A stretch of DNA of 41,444 bases from Candidatus Kaiserbacteria bacterium (GCA_016186765.1 JACPLD010000005.1:79785-121228); one strand, 5' to 3'; counted from the stretch's first letter, positions 24,527 through 36,545 are shown. The notes: generated from the letters alone by a model not told the origin. Made by a program: numbers and translations.

Positions 24527-25945
24527 CTAGTGCCGCGTCTTCTCAATGTCTTCCCCAATCGAGAACAACCTCTCTTCCCCCCCGTGCGGCGCGATGACCT
24601 GGAATCCGACAGGAAGATCTTTTCCTTCCCGAGCGACACTACCGCACGGTACTGAGATGGCGGGTACGCCTGCGAGATTTACCGGCACTGAAAAAATGTC
24701 CTCCGCATACATAGCAAGTGGATCAGCTGTCTTTTCGCCGAATTTAAAGGCAGGAGCAGGCGTTGTCGGCACAGCAATAATGTCGGTTTCAGTGAAAGCA
24801 CGCGCGAACTCGTCCGTTATCGCCGCGCGCACCGCTCTTGCCTTCCGATAATACGCGTCAGCGTATCCTGCAGAGAGCACGAACGTTCCGACGAGAATAC
24901 GGCGACGAACTTCAGGGCCAAAACCTTGGCCGCGAGTTCTCGCGTACACTTCGCCAATACTGCCAGCAGGAATAGAGAGTCCGTAGCGGATACCGTCGAA
25001 ACGTGCGAGATTGGTCGAAGCTTCTGCCGGCATGACGATGTAATATACGGCGAGCCCATAAGGGAGCGTTGGCATTTCGATATCTTTGACTTCGTAGCCG
25101 TTTGCACGAAGACTCTCGAGCGTACGCTCAAATACATCCAATAGATCCTTGTCGACCCCACTCTCCAGAAATTTTCTTGGCACGCCGATACTGCGCGGCT
25201 TTTTTGCCTCACCTTTCGAATCAGGAAGCGACGTGCTGTCGTTGCCATCATATCCGCGTATCGCCTCAAACAAAATGCGAGCATCCTCAACAATCTTTGT
25301 GAGAGGGCCAACTTGATCGAGTGAAGAGCCCATTGCCATAAGGCCAAAGCGCGAAACAGCGCCGTACGTAGGCTTGAGACCGACCAAGCCGGTGTGCGCT
25401 GCTGGCTGCCTGATAGAACCACCGGTATCGCTCCCAAGGGCTGCCGCCGCCATAGCTCCGGCAACAGCTGCCGCGGATCCGCCCGATGAGCCGCCGGGAA
25501 TGCGAGAGGTGTCGATCGGATTTTTTGTCGGACCAAACGCTGAGTTCTCGGTCGAGCTGCCCATCGCGAATTCGTCCATGTTTGTTCGGCCCAAAAAGAC
25601 GGCTCGTGAACCTTTCAGTTTCGCGATCACGGTTGCATCGTACGAGGCAACATAGTTCTCAAGTATCTTCGAGGCTGAGCTCGCGATGCGTCCTTCAATG
25701 AGAATGTTGTCTTTGATCGCAAGCGGAATGCCGGTGAGGGCCTTTGCTTGGCCTTGCGCGATTGTTTCATCGGCAGCCTTTGCTTCCTCGCGCGCCTGCT
25801 TTTCCCAGACTTCGAGATACGCATGAATCTCAGGATCGCGCGCGGCAATGTTCTTCAGGTAGGCATCCGTAAGCTCGAGGGCGGAATACTCCTTCAAATC
25901 AAGCGCCCGACGTGCTTTTGCAATGGTCAGTTTGGAGAGATCCAT
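24527..25945 (-). CDS. gatA: Asp/Glu-tRNA amidotransferase subunit A
   Basis: AIKDN, TNMDEFAMGSSTENS, PGGSSGGS, DTGGSIRQPA, EVRRRILVGT. Confidence 0.97.
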   Translation of the reverse strand: MDLSKLTIAKARRALDLKEYSALELTDAYLKNIAARDPEIHAYLEVWEKQAREEAKAADETIAQGQAKALTGIPLAIKDNILIEGRIASSASKILENYVASYDATVIAKLKGSRAVFLGRTNMDEFAMGSSTENSAFGPTKNPIDTSRIPGGSSGGSAAAVAGAMAAAALGSDTGGSIRQPAAHTGLVGLKPTYGAVSRFGLMAMGSSLDQVGPLTKIVEDARILFEAIRGYDGNDSTSLPDSKGEAKKPRSIGVPRKFLESGVDKDLLDVFERTLESLRANGYEVKDIEMPTLPYGLAVYYIVMPAEASTNLARFDGIRYGLSIPAGSIGEVYARTRGQGFGPEVRRRILVGTFVLSAGYADAYYRKARAVRAAITDEFARAFTETDIIAVPTTPAPAFKFGEKTADPLAMYAEDIFSVPVNLAGVPAISVPCGSVAREGKDLPVGFQVIAPHGGEERLFSIGEDIEKTRH

Positions 25946-25948
25946 GAA

Positions 25949-28334
<2,386 letters not shown>

Positions 28335-28335
<1 letters not shown>

Positions 28336-28793
28336 CAATACCTCAGGTCGACCGAGCGCTCGAGTGCATGGGAGCTTGTTTCGATGTTTGCGCAGGTCGT
28401 GTTGTAGCCGTCCACGTGAATGATCGTGAATGGGTGCGTGGAGCGCTTTGTGACATTCACCTTCGCGCAGTAGCCATTCGGCTCGTACTCGAATGTAGAG
28501 ACGATTGCGCCCTCGACGCTCTGGGCGCTCGTCGTCTTTTGTTCGTTGTTGCACGTAAGCTGCTTAGAGGTAGGCGTCGTCGTGGGAAAGAGTTCGAATC
28601 GCAAATCCCAGTAGAGCGCGCACTCGGCGCCGCTGTCGGCTGCATAGAAAGCAAACTGCGAATCGCGGCCAACAGAGGAGAGCGTGAGTTCCTTCTGCGC
28701 AAGCGCGAAGATTGCTGTGCCAAGAGAAAGCACAACCGAGGCGATGAGCGCCGCGAGCATGAGCGTAAACCCCCTGGATTCCTTCTTTTTCAT
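28335..28793 (-). CDS. PilX-like minor pilin (no Glu5)
   Basis: MKKKESRG|FTLMLAAL...; AFYAADSGAEC PilX-type motif. Confidence 0.8.
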
Positions 28794-28795
28794 AC

Positions 28796-29452
28796 TTACT
28801 GTATTTCCTCCACCCATCGGTAGAGATTTGCAGAGATCGTGAACGATCGCGTTTGGAACGAGCCCGTCGTCCACTCTATCGCCACGGAAATGCGCACCTC
28901 ATCCTCCCCGCCCGGCAGGAATTCTGCACGAACCGTTCGCGTGAAGCGCGTGTTCTCCCAGCCTTCTCCCGCGCCGCAATCGTTTGTCGGCATCGCGCAT
29001 GCTGGCCGATAGCCGTACAGCCTACCGTCCCATTGAAGCGGCGGACAGCCCTCAAGCGGGCAGAGCGCCGTCGAATCGTCCCTCGTATCAACAATAAACG
29101 GCGAGCCATCGGTTGCGGGGATGCCGTTGAGCAAATCCACAGAATCGCCGAACACGGTGACGAGAATGTTGTTGTCGCGCCCGTGGCGTATTGCCTCTAT
29201 AGCCTCTTGCGCAAGATGGAACGCCGTAATCTGGTCTCGCGCGTAGTAGGCGGTCGCGAGGCTCTTCGCCGTTAGCGCCATTGGCGACACGATTGCAACG
29301 GAAAGAATCGATACCGCGACCAGCGTCTCGACAAGCGTAAAACCGGCATGAAGGTTATAGGTTTTAGGTTTAAGGTTATAGGGAAATGCAAACCAAGAAT
29401 TCGGTCGCTTCCCTGAAACCTGACACCCAAAACCTGATACCTGATCCTTCAT
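28796..29452 (-). CDS. PilV-like minor pilin with a long repeat-derived leader
   Basis: 38-aa leader then G|FTLVETLVAV; AFHLAQEAIE. Confidence 0.82.
   Translation of the reverse strand: MKDQVSGFGCQVSGKRPNSWFAFPYNLKPKTYNLHAGFTLVETLVAVSILSVAIVSPMALTAKSLATAYYARDQITAFHLAQEAIEAIRHGRDNNILVTVFGDSVDLLNGIPATDGSPFIVDTRDDSTALCPLEGCPPLQWDGRLYGYRPACAMPTNDCGAGEGWENTRFTRTVRAEFLPGGEDEVRISVAIEWTTGSFQTRSFTISANLYRWVEEIQ
29349..29445. repeat. Inverted pair of heptamer arrays inside the prepilin leader
   Basis: tgaaggt tataggt tttaggt ttaaggt tataggg (29349-29383); ccctgaa acctgac acccaaa acctgat acctgat (29411-29445). Confidence 0.85.
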
Positions 29453-30054
29453 ATGTCAAGTATCCGCTGCACGGCGGTTGCCTGTATCGAGAAAGAGGTG
29501 GTCGTCTTCACGTTGGTGCCGCCGGCTGTGCCGCTCACCGCAATGACGACCTTCGGTTGGGTGGTATCTCCGCGCGTTGTACCGACGACATAAAACGTGA
29601 AGTCCTCGATTGCAACGTCACCCGCCGTGACAGCATAGTAGTTTCCTCCGTTGTTCTCCGACTTGCAGAGGCGTCCCTGTCCGCAGAACGTGCCGTTCGT
29701 ATCATAGACGTATACCCATCGCTCCAGCGGGTCGCAGTCCCCCTCGCAGAAAGGTTTGAAAGCGAACTTCGTACTCCCTAACTCGCACGACTGCGTCGCG
29801 GTAATGTCGCCCGAACCGCAGTGATACTCGGAACCCATCCGAATTGAGCGCACCATTCCATCGAGAGCAATGCTAAAGTTATTCATGACAGACTGCAGCG
29901 CGTGCGCTTTACGGTTTGCGCCCACGAGCGCAAGAAGTGCCGCTGTCGAGACGAGCATAACGACCGCAAACAAGCCGACAGCGACAATCATCTCGACCAA
30001 CGTAAATCCGCGCTCATTCCGAACTCTTGCCTTTTGCCTTTTGCCTTTTGCCAT
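29449..30054 (-). CDS. PilW-like minor pilin
   Basis: MAKGKRQKARVRNERG|FTLVEMIVAV; ATG 1 nt after the upstream TGA. Confidence 0.82.
   Translation of the reverse strand: MAKGKRQKARVRNERGFTLVEMIVAVGLFAVVMLVSTAALLALVGANRKAHALQSVMNNFSIALDGMVRSIRMGSEYHCGSGDITATQSCELGSTKFAFKPFCEGDCDPLERWVYVYDTNGTFCGQGRLCKSENNGGNYYAVTAGDVAIEDFTFYVVGTTRGDTTQPKVVIAVSGTAGGTNVKTTTSFSIQATAVQRILDI
30024..30051. repeat. (CTTTTGC)x3 plus one variant unit in the prepilin leader
   Basis: ctcttgc cttttgc cttttgc cttttgc directly after the start codon. Confidence 0.85.
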
Positions 30055-30055
30055 A

Positions 30056-30679
30056 TCACTGTGTTGCAATCTGCCCCGCGACCTCAGCAATCACACTCAA
30101 GCGATCGCCCCGTGGAGACTCGAGCATAATGCGTCCGCGCTCCTGCAAGGCACTAGGGTTCGCGACACCAGAAACACCGTTCGCACTGATGAACGCGTCG
30201 GGTTCAGGACGCTTAAAAAGGATGTCGAGCCGCTCCAGCCCGCACACTTCGCCGCCACCAGAACTTGGCGTGGCGCAGAGATCGGCGATGCGAAAACCCC
30301 GATGGATCTCGGTCGATTCGACGAGCTCACAGGAAAACGAATCGGGGCAGCCATCATAGAGGCCGTTTGAGGCAACCGCGTCCGCAAAGAGCACATACGT
30401 CGTCGGGCTCGCTTTGGCAAAATGCATTCCATAGCCGATGTTGAAATTGCTGGTGCCGTATCGCCTCACCGCGATGCCGTAGACTTGCGCCTCCCGAATG
30501 GATAGGGCGACGTCGTACGCAAGATTCTCCAAAAGAATTGCTCCGCCGAAGCGGTTGTTGTTTATCAGGATCAGAGCGCTTATGACGGTGAGGATTCCCG
30601 TCACGACCAAAAGCTCCATCAAGGTGAACCCTCTCACGGAAAGAGGGGAAGCGGTATTCCGTATATTTGCGTGAACCAT
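30056..30679 (-). CDS. FimT/PilE-like minor pilin
   Basis: In the frame of track ORF 30056-31072 from MVHANIRN: RG|FTLMELLVV...ALSIREAQVYG. Confidence 0.8.
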   Translation of the reverse strand: MVHANIRNTASPLSVRGFTLMELLVVTGILTVISALILINNNRFGGAILLENLAYDVALSIREAQVYGIAVRRYGTSNFNIGYGMHFAKASPTTYVLFADAVASNGLYDGCPDSFSCELVESTEIHRGFRIADLCATPSSGGGEVCGLERLDILFKRPEPDAFISANGVSGVANPSALQERGRIMLESPRGDRLSVIAEVAGQIATQ

Positions 30680-31464
30680 ACAAAAATGCAGCTTGCGATG
30701 AGAAATGGCCCGAACGGTATCTCGCTCTTCATTGTATACGACTGCGACGGAGCAATATGCGCTATTCCCCAGTCTGAGAGAAAGCGGGCGATCGCGGGAA
30801 GCGGCAGGAGTATTAAAAGCGACACGACTGCGCCGAGGACGAATGCGAACATGACCGCAATGAATCCGTAGAGGGGACCCAAGAGGTAGCCAATGCCGAG
30901 CGCAAGCTTGACGTCGCCAAGTCCCATCCAGCGCCCTTTTGAAACAAACCACACCAGAAAGAGTAAGACGGCAGCCGCAGGCCCGGAAAGAAGCACTACG
31001 GCGAGGTCGAACTGCGGAAGCGAGGTAAGGAACTGCGATACGAACGCAAGCGCGATACATGCGTAGACCCACGTGTCCGGAATGTACGTCGTTCGAAGGT
31101 CATAGACGGCTATCGCGATCAAAAGAGAGGCGATTGTAAGATAATCAGCAAGCAGAAGAACGCCAATAGGAAATGGAAAATGCTGTGCCGCACTGTACAG
31201 GGGGCTGAAGAAAGCAAAAATAACACCCGTGACACCTTCGACAATCGGATACTGCAGGGAAATGGCACTCCCGCACGCTCTACAGCGACCACGCAAGAGA
31301 ATCCACGAGAAGATCGGTATGTTGTCATACCAAGAGACTAGTTGGCCACAGTGTGGACATGTGCTTCTCCCAGAGAGCGGAGCTCTCCCACGCCGCAGGA
31401 CGAGAACGTTAAGAAAACTTCCAACGATGAGACCGAATACACCGAATACGAAGGCAGTCACCAA
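30634..31464 (-). CDS. pilD: Prepilin peptidase
   Basis: GSFLNV, CPHC...CRAC, AVYD, MGLGDVKL, IPFGPFL. Confidence 0.95.
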   Translation of the reverse strand: MVTAFVFGVFGLIVGSFLNVLVLRRGRAPLSGRSTCPHCGQLVSWYDNIPIFSWILLRGRCRACGSAISLQYPIVEGVTGVIFAFFSPLYSAAQHFPFPIGVLLLADYLTIASLLIAIAVYDLRTTYIPDTWVYACIALAFVSQFLTSLPQFDLAVVLLSGPAAAVLLFLVWFVSKGRWMGLGDVKLALGIGYLLGPLYGFIAVMFAFVLGAVVSLLILLPLPAIARFLSDWGIAHIAPSQSYTMKSEIPFGPFLIASCIFVWFTQIYGIPLPLFP

Positions 31465-31489
31465 GTAAGTATAAGCGCTAGATGCGTGA

Positions 31490-32005
31490 CTAACTCTTTA
31501 CGTCGTAGCAGAGTGTGCCCGTATCACTCGCATTGCACTTGCCGGAATCCGCACCATTAAATCCCCCTGCCGCGGCCGCAGCGCTAAAACAGCCTGCTGC
31601 AGCGGAAGTGCAGTCGGCATCGCTGTTCTTTGCGCTGTTGCCGGAATCTTCGAGCGATGCCCCAAGGTGGTAGTTGGTGCCATTCGTCGCATACGCATAC
31701 GAGTAGTCGCGCTGATCACTCGGGTCATGCGGAATGACAGCGAGAAAGCCGTCGCTCACGAGCGTGGAGGAGTCGAGGTCGGTCACCTGCGGATACGCGT
31801 TGTACTTGTCGTAGTAGAGCTCGAGTGCAAGCTGCAACTGCCGTGTGTCACTGACGCGCCGCGCATCTCTCCCCTTCTTCCTCGCGCTGTTTAAGGAGGC
31901 GAGCACGACAGAAGAAAGAATACCGATGATCGCTATCACGACGAGCAATTCGATCAGTGTGAAACCATTCGATTGACTCAGGGCAAGGCCACGAGAATCC
32001 TTCAT
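31490..32005 (-). CDS. Major type IV pilin / GspG-like pilin
   Basis: G|FTLIELLVVIAIIGILSSVVLASL...ARKKGRDARR...LELYY; C-terminal Cys residues. Confidence 0.9.
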   Translation of the reverse strand: MKDSRGLALSQSNGFTLIELLVVIAIIGILSSVVLASLNSARKKGRDARRVSDTRQLQLALELYYDKYNAYPQVTDLDSSTLVSDGFLAVIPHDPSDQRDYSYAYATNGTNYHLGASLEDSGNSAKNSDADCTSAAAGCFSAAAAAGGFNGADSGKCNASDTGTLCYDVKS

Positions 32006-32055
32006 GCGCTCATTATAGCAGACCAAGCGCCCTTGAAGCGCCCGTGTGGATAGTC

Positions 32056-33264
32056 CTAGAAACCCGACGCGATGTTGTAGATGGGGAGAAGCACAGAGGC
32101 AAGGAGCATCGCGACGCCGACGGCAAGCGTCACGATCATAAAGGGCTCGATCAGACCCACGAGAGTGTCCACCGCATTGTTAACCTCGCGGCGATAGAAC
32201 CGCGCCATCGTCTCAAGCACGTGCGCCATGTTACCGGTCTCTTCCCCGATCTTGACCATAGCGACGACGATACCGGGAATTTCCGGATGCTTGCGAAACG
32301 CTTCAGAGACAGGAAGACCTCCCTTTACGTCGGCTGCGGCGGCTACCAAGACTTTTTCATAGACAGCGTCCCCTACGACAGAGCCGGTTATCTCAAGGCC
32401 GCGAAGAATCTGCACGCCGCTTTTGAGCATCGTCGAGAGGTTATCGGCGACACGCGAAAGAAAGAGTTTCTTGTAGATCTCTCCGATCGCGGGAATTTGC
32501 ATGCGCGCGCGGCTGAACATCTCGCGCCCAACGGGCGTGCGGTAAAAGCGGTAGAGGAAGACGCCCGCGATCAAAAGCAGGATGACGATGAGGAGAATGT
32601 AGCGTGTGAGAAAATTGCTGATGCCGATCACAATCTTCGTGTAGATGGGAATATTCTGCCCGATCTCTTCGAGGAGCGTCGCGAGGTTCGGAATCACGAG
32701 TGTCATCATCAATGCCATAACGACTACGAATGTCGTTGTGATGAATGCAGGATAGATGAGCGCGTTGCGCGCTTTTTGTGTGATCTCGTAGTTGCGATCG
32801 AGGTAATCGGCAAGAAACGAGAAAGTTTCATCAAGTTTTCCAGCCTCCTCGCCCGCGCGAACCATGTTGACGTAAAACGGCGAGAACACTTCGGGATGCC
32901 GGGAGAGTGCTGCCGATATCAAAGAACCACTTTGGATGTCGTTTGCGACCGCGGTAAGCTTCTCGGCAAGCTTCGGCGTTCGTGCCTCGGAGGCGAGGAG
33001 CCGAAAGGCGTGAAGAGCCGATACCTGCGCTTCGAAGAGCGTCGTTATTTGGCGGCTCACCATCACGATGTCCGCGTTGGTGATGCGATCGAAGAGAGAG
33101 ATGCGTGTCCACGCTGTTGTCTTTTCCTGTTGCGGCGCTATCGAGGATACGACCAGCCCTCTTCTCTGGAGGGCAGTGATCGCGACATCAATATTGACCG
33201 CGTCGATCGTGCCTTGCCGCTCGGCGCCCTCCTGGTCGACCGCACGGTATGTAAATAAAGCCAT
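32056..33264 (-). CDS. pilC: Type IV pilus platform protein PilC/GspF
   Basis: Two GspF repeats: MVRAGEEAGKL...ALIYP; MVKIGEETG...IEPFMIV. Confidence 0.93.
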   Translation of the reverse strand: MALFTYRAVDQEGAERQGTIDAVNIDVAITALQRRGLVVSSIAPQQEKTTAWTRISLFDRITNADIVMVSRQITTLFEAQVSALHAFRLLASEARTPKLAEKLTAVANDIQSGSLISAALSRHPEVFSPFYVNMVRAGEEAGKLDETFSFLADYLDRNYEITQKARNALIYPAFITTTFVVVMALMMTLVIPNLATLLEEIGQNIPIYTKIVIGISNFLTRYILLIVILLLIAGVFLYRFYRTPVGREMFSRARMQIPAIGEIYKKLFLSRVADNLSTMLKSGVQILRGLEITGSVVGDAVYEKVLVAAAADVKGGLPVSEAFRKHPEIPGIVVAMVKIGEETGNMAHVLETMARFYRREVNNAVDTLVGLIEPFMIVTLAVGVAMLLASVLLPIYNIASGF

Positions 33265-33267
33265 AGA

Positions 33268-33351
33268 TTAAAGAACAGAGAACAGAGAACAGAGAACAGT
33301 CGATGAATTGGCATTTCTCTGTTTTCTGTTTTCTGTTTTCTGTTTTCTCAT
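33268..33351 (-). CDS. Putative 27-codon bridging mini-ORF between pilT and pilC
   Basis: ATG overlaps pilT TGA; MRKQKTENRKQRNANSSTVLCSLFSVL; TAA 3 nt before pilC ATG. Confidence 0.3.
   Translation of the reverse strand: MRKQKTENRKQRNANSSTVLCSLFSVL
33272..33348. repeat. Inverted pair of heptamer arrays in the pilT-pilC spacer
   Basis: (AGAACAG)x4 at 33272-33299 and (GTTTTCT)x4 at 33321-33348. Confidence 0.9.
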
Positions 33352-34415
33352 AGCAATTTCTGCAGCACGTTCGGGTTGAGTGAGAACTGGTAGGCGCTCT
33401 CGACCGTGATCTCTCCTCGCGCCACCAATTCCGCAAGCGAGCGATTCATGTCTATCATGCCCTCGCTTGAGCCGGTTTCGATAATAGTAGGAAGCTCATG
33501 GGTACGACGCTCGCGGACGAGATTCGCGACCGCCTTGTTGTTGATGAGGAGTTCGTACGCCGGGATAAGACCGCCAGAGACACGCGGGACGAGACGCTGG
33601 GAGAAAATCCCTGCGAGCGAGGCTGCAAGCTGCAGGCGGATCTGGTCCTGCTGCGAGGCAGGAAACGTGTCGATGATTCGATCGACGGTTTGCGCGGCAT
33701 CATTCGTATGCATCGTCGAGAAGACAAGGTGGCCGGTTTCCGCGGCAGTCACGGCAGCAGCCATCGTTTCCGGCCCGCGCATCTCTCCCACCAAGAGCAC
33801 GTCGATGTCTTGCCTGAAGGCGGCTTGGAGTGCCGTCGCAAAATCCTTTGTGTCGATGCGGACTTCCCGCTGATCGATGAGTGACTGCTTCGGCTCGAAC
33901 ACGTACTCAATCGGATCTTCTATCGTTACGATATGCTCCATTCGCTCTGTGTTAATGAGCTCGATGAGAGAGGCGAGCGTCGTCGTCTTTCCCTGCCCCA
34001 CGGGCCCCACGACAAGGAAAAATCCCTGCGTCTTCCTGGCAAAGGTCGTGAGAACATCCGGAAGATTCAACTCCTGCACGGAGCGAATCGTTTTCGGGAT
34101 GAGGCGGAGCGCGATCGAGATCGAACCGCGTTGAAAGAAGACGTTCCCGCGGAACCGATTCCGATCCTCGCTCTCGTAGGCAAAATCGAGCTCTTTTTCC
34201 GCAAGAAATCGCCTCTCCTGCTCGGGCGTGACGAGTGTCTTCAAAAAGCCTAGTGTATCCTCGGGCAAAAGTACCGGTTCTTTGAGCATCGGTGTGAGCA
34301 CTCCCGACGTGCGGATCGTGGGATGCGCACCCGCCGAGAAGTGCAGATCACTCCCGCCCTCGTGCGAAAGCACGTTGATGTATTTTTTCAAAGTCGCACC
34401 ATACTCGATCGCCAT
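33348..34415 (-). CDS. pilT: Type IV pilus retraction ATPase PilT
   Basis: SDLH, GPVGQGKTTT, TIEDPIE, AFRQDIDVLLVGEMR, AETGHLVFSTMHT; start MAIEYG. Confidence 0.93.
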   Translation of the reverse strand: MAIEYGATLKKYINVLSHEGGSDLHFSAGAHPTIRTSGVLTPMLKEPVLLPEDTLGFLKTLVTPEQERRFLAEKELDFAYESEDRNRFRGNVFFQRGSISIALRLIPKTIRSVQELNLPDVLTTFARKTQGFFLVVGPVGQGKTTTLASLIELINTERMEHIVTIEDPIEYVFEPKQSLIDQREVRIDTKDFATALQAAFRQDIDVLLVGEMRGPETMAAAVTAAETGHLVFSTMHTNDAAQTVDRIIDTFPASQQDQIRLQLAASLAGIFSQRLVPRVSGGLIPAYELLINNKAVANLVRERRTHELPTIIETGSSEGMIDMNRSLAELVARGEITVESAYQFSLNPNVLQKLL

Positions 34416-34443
34416 AGGATGTATTGTATCGTACTCTTGGCAC

Positions 34444-34839
34444 TCATTTTTTCCTTTTTGCGATCTCCTCCGCGACTGCTTGAACAACTTCGGAGGGGAT
34501 CATACTTGCCTTCACGATGTAGCGATGCACACCAAGCGATTCTGCTTTCGACCTCTCTGCCGGGTCGCTCATGTTCGTAAGCGCGATGAGGGTAGCTCCG
34601 GGAGCCACGTGGCTCTGTGAGAGCTCATCGAGAAACGAGAAGCCGTCGCGCTCGGGCATCGTGAGATCAAAGACGATAGCATCAGGCGCAAAGCCGGCTT
34701 TAAGTGCGGCAAGTGCTTCAGCGACAGAAAGACACGTCTGTACGGTATAGCCAGCAGAGGTAAACTTCATGCCGTACATATCCGCCAAAAACTTGTCGTC
34801 ATCCACAAAGAGCACATTTCCTTTTGTCGCCTCGTTCAT
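34444..34839 (-). CDS. Single-domain response regulator (CheY-like)
   Basis: VLFVDDD, VFDLTMP, ALTN, IVK all intact; no output domain. Confidence 0.9.
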   Translation of the reverse strand: MNEATKGNVLFVDDDKFLADMYGMKFTSAGYTVQTCLSVAEALAALKAGFAPDAIVFDLTMPERDGFSFLDELSQSHVAPGATLIALTNMSDPAERSKAESLGVHRYIVKASMIPSEVVQAVAEEIAKRKK

Positions 34840-36542
34840 ATAGTTTCGCCTTGTTCCTTCTGCTCTGTCTTCTCCTTCGCGGCGGATTCTTCCGCCTCAT
34901 TTTCTCCCAAGAGAAGCGCGGAGAGCGTGTTGACCTCGGAGTACGGAACGAGCTTATTGAACGCCTTCACCAGCGCATCTTCTCGCATGGTGAGCATGCC
35001 GCCCTCTCGCGCAGTCTCCCAGAGTCTCGACTCCACCGGATTGTCGAGAATGATACGCTCGATATCCCGCGACATCTCCAGCACTTCAAAAACGGCCATG
35101 CGACCCCGCAGACCGGTGGGCGATGTGGCTGTCCGCTTCGGCTCCCAGACTTTCTGCGGTATCTTGAAGCGATACTTCGCGGCAAGCGACGAAAGGTCGG
35201 CTTCAATCGCCTTCCGGTCGCTCGCAGAGAGGTCTACTTCCTCGCCTCCCTCTTCCGCAAGCGTTCGCACGAGACGCTGCGCGATGGAGAGGATCAGCAC
35301 AGGTGAGATGAGGTAGGGCTCTACGCCCATGTCGATGAGGCGCGGGATGGTGCCGACGGCGTCGTTTGTATGAATCGTCGAGAGCACGAGATGGCCTGTT
35401 AGAGCCGCCTGAATCGCTAATTTTGCTGTTTCGCCATCGCGTATCTCGCCGACCATGATGACATCTGGGTCCTGACGCAAGGTTGTGCGCAAGCCATTGG
35501 CGAAACTATAGCCGATCTCGGGACGCACTTGCGATTGCGTGACCCCTTCGATGAAGTATTCGATCGGGTCCTCAAGCGAGAGCACATTTTTGTGTTCGCG
35601 GTCTACCTCCGAGAGCATTGAGTAGAGCGTCGTCGATTTACCGCTCCCCGTGGGACCCGAGATGAGGATGAGCCCGTGGGGCCTTGTGATGCCATTGCGG
35701 ATCAACTGGAGATTGCGCTCCGTGAGGCCTATTCTTTCGAGGGGAATGAAGCCTTGATCGCGATCGAGGATACGGATCTCGACCTTCTCTCCGTAGTACG
35801 AAGGAAAGGTGGAGACGCGGAAGTCGATCGCACGCCCGTCGATTGAAGCCGAGAAGCGCCCATCTTGCGGCTTTCGTTGCTCGTCGAGCCGAATAGAGGC
35901 AAGTACCTTGATACGCGCGATCAAGGGACGGAGCGTCGTAGAAGGCAGGACGACGCTCGTGTGCAGGTCGCCGTCGACGCGGTAGCGTACGCGCACGCCG
36001 TGCGCTTGCGGTTCGATATGGACGTCGGAAGCCTTGCCATCGATCGCATAGCGGAGAATGGTCGATACGATCTTGATGGTCGGCGCATCTTCCTGAATAT
36101 TCTTCTCGAGGCTCGTATCTGTCTGCGCAAGCGTTGTGTCGAGATCTAAGGGTGCAGCTTCTTCGGTGCTGCGCGAGAGCTTCTGCTCGGTCTGCAGATC
36201 TGTGATCGCGCGATCGACCTCTCCGCCGAGCCCTTTATACATTCGCAAGATACTTTCAAAGTCCGCTTGCGATATCTGGTAAACCTTAAACGGCACCCCC
36301 GTGCCGCGCGCGATAAAATTCAAGGCATCGAACCCGCCGATGTCGTCGGGGTCGACCATACCCACCTCCAAGATCCCGTCCACCACCCCAAGCGGCGCAA
36401 GCTTGTAGTGCTCGGCCGACTCCTGCGGAATGTAACGCAGCACTTCATAAGGAACTTTCGAACCCCCGAGGCTCCGCGGCGGAGCTCCGAGCGCTGGGGC
36501 AGGCGCTCCCCCGACCGTGTTCTGTGTTGCGGAGGTGGGCAT
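34836..36542 (-). CDS. pilB: Type IV pilus assembly ATPase PilB/GspE
   Basis: ASDVHIEP, PQDGR, GPTGSGKSTT, LRQDPDVIMVGEIRD, TGHLVLSTIH, QRLVR. Confidence 0.94.
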   Translation of the reverse strand: MPTSATQNTVGGAPAPALGAPPRSLGGSKVPYEVLRYIPQESAEHYKLAPLGVVDGILEVGMVDPDDIGGFDALNFIARGTGVPFKVYQISQADFESILRMYKGLGGEVDRAITDLQTEQKLSRSTEEAAPLDLDTTLAQTDTSLEKNIQEDAPTIKIVSTILRYAIDGKASDVHIEPQAHGVRVRYRVDGDLHTSVVLPSTTLRPLIARIKVLASIRLDEQRKPQDGRFSASIDGRAIDFRVSTFPSYYGEKVEIRILDRDQGFIPLERIGLTERNLQLIRNGITRPHGLILISGPTGSGKSTTLYSMLSEVDREHKNVLSLEDPIEYFIEGVTQSQVRPEIGYSFANGLRTTLRQDPDVIMVGEIRDGETAKLAIQAALTGHLVLSTIHTNDAVGTIPRLIDMGVEPYLISPVLILSIAQRLVRTLAEEGGEEVDLSASDRKAIEADLSSLAAKYRFKIPQKVWEPKRTATSPTGLRGRMAVFEVLEMSRDIERIILDNPVESRLWETAREGGMLTMREDALVKAFNKLVPYSEVNTLSALLLGENEAEESAAKEKTEQKEQGETI

Positions 36543-36545
36543 AGG

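Noticed and set aside
30056-31072. 338-aa track ORF and ORF 30097-30432
   Set aside because: The first 130 aa overlap pilD in another frame; the real pilin begins at 30679; 30097-30432 is a shadow
32044-33258. 404-aa antisense ORF to pilC (also 14832-15851 against pyrG and similar)
   Set aside because: Antisense shadows caused by codon bias; no motifs
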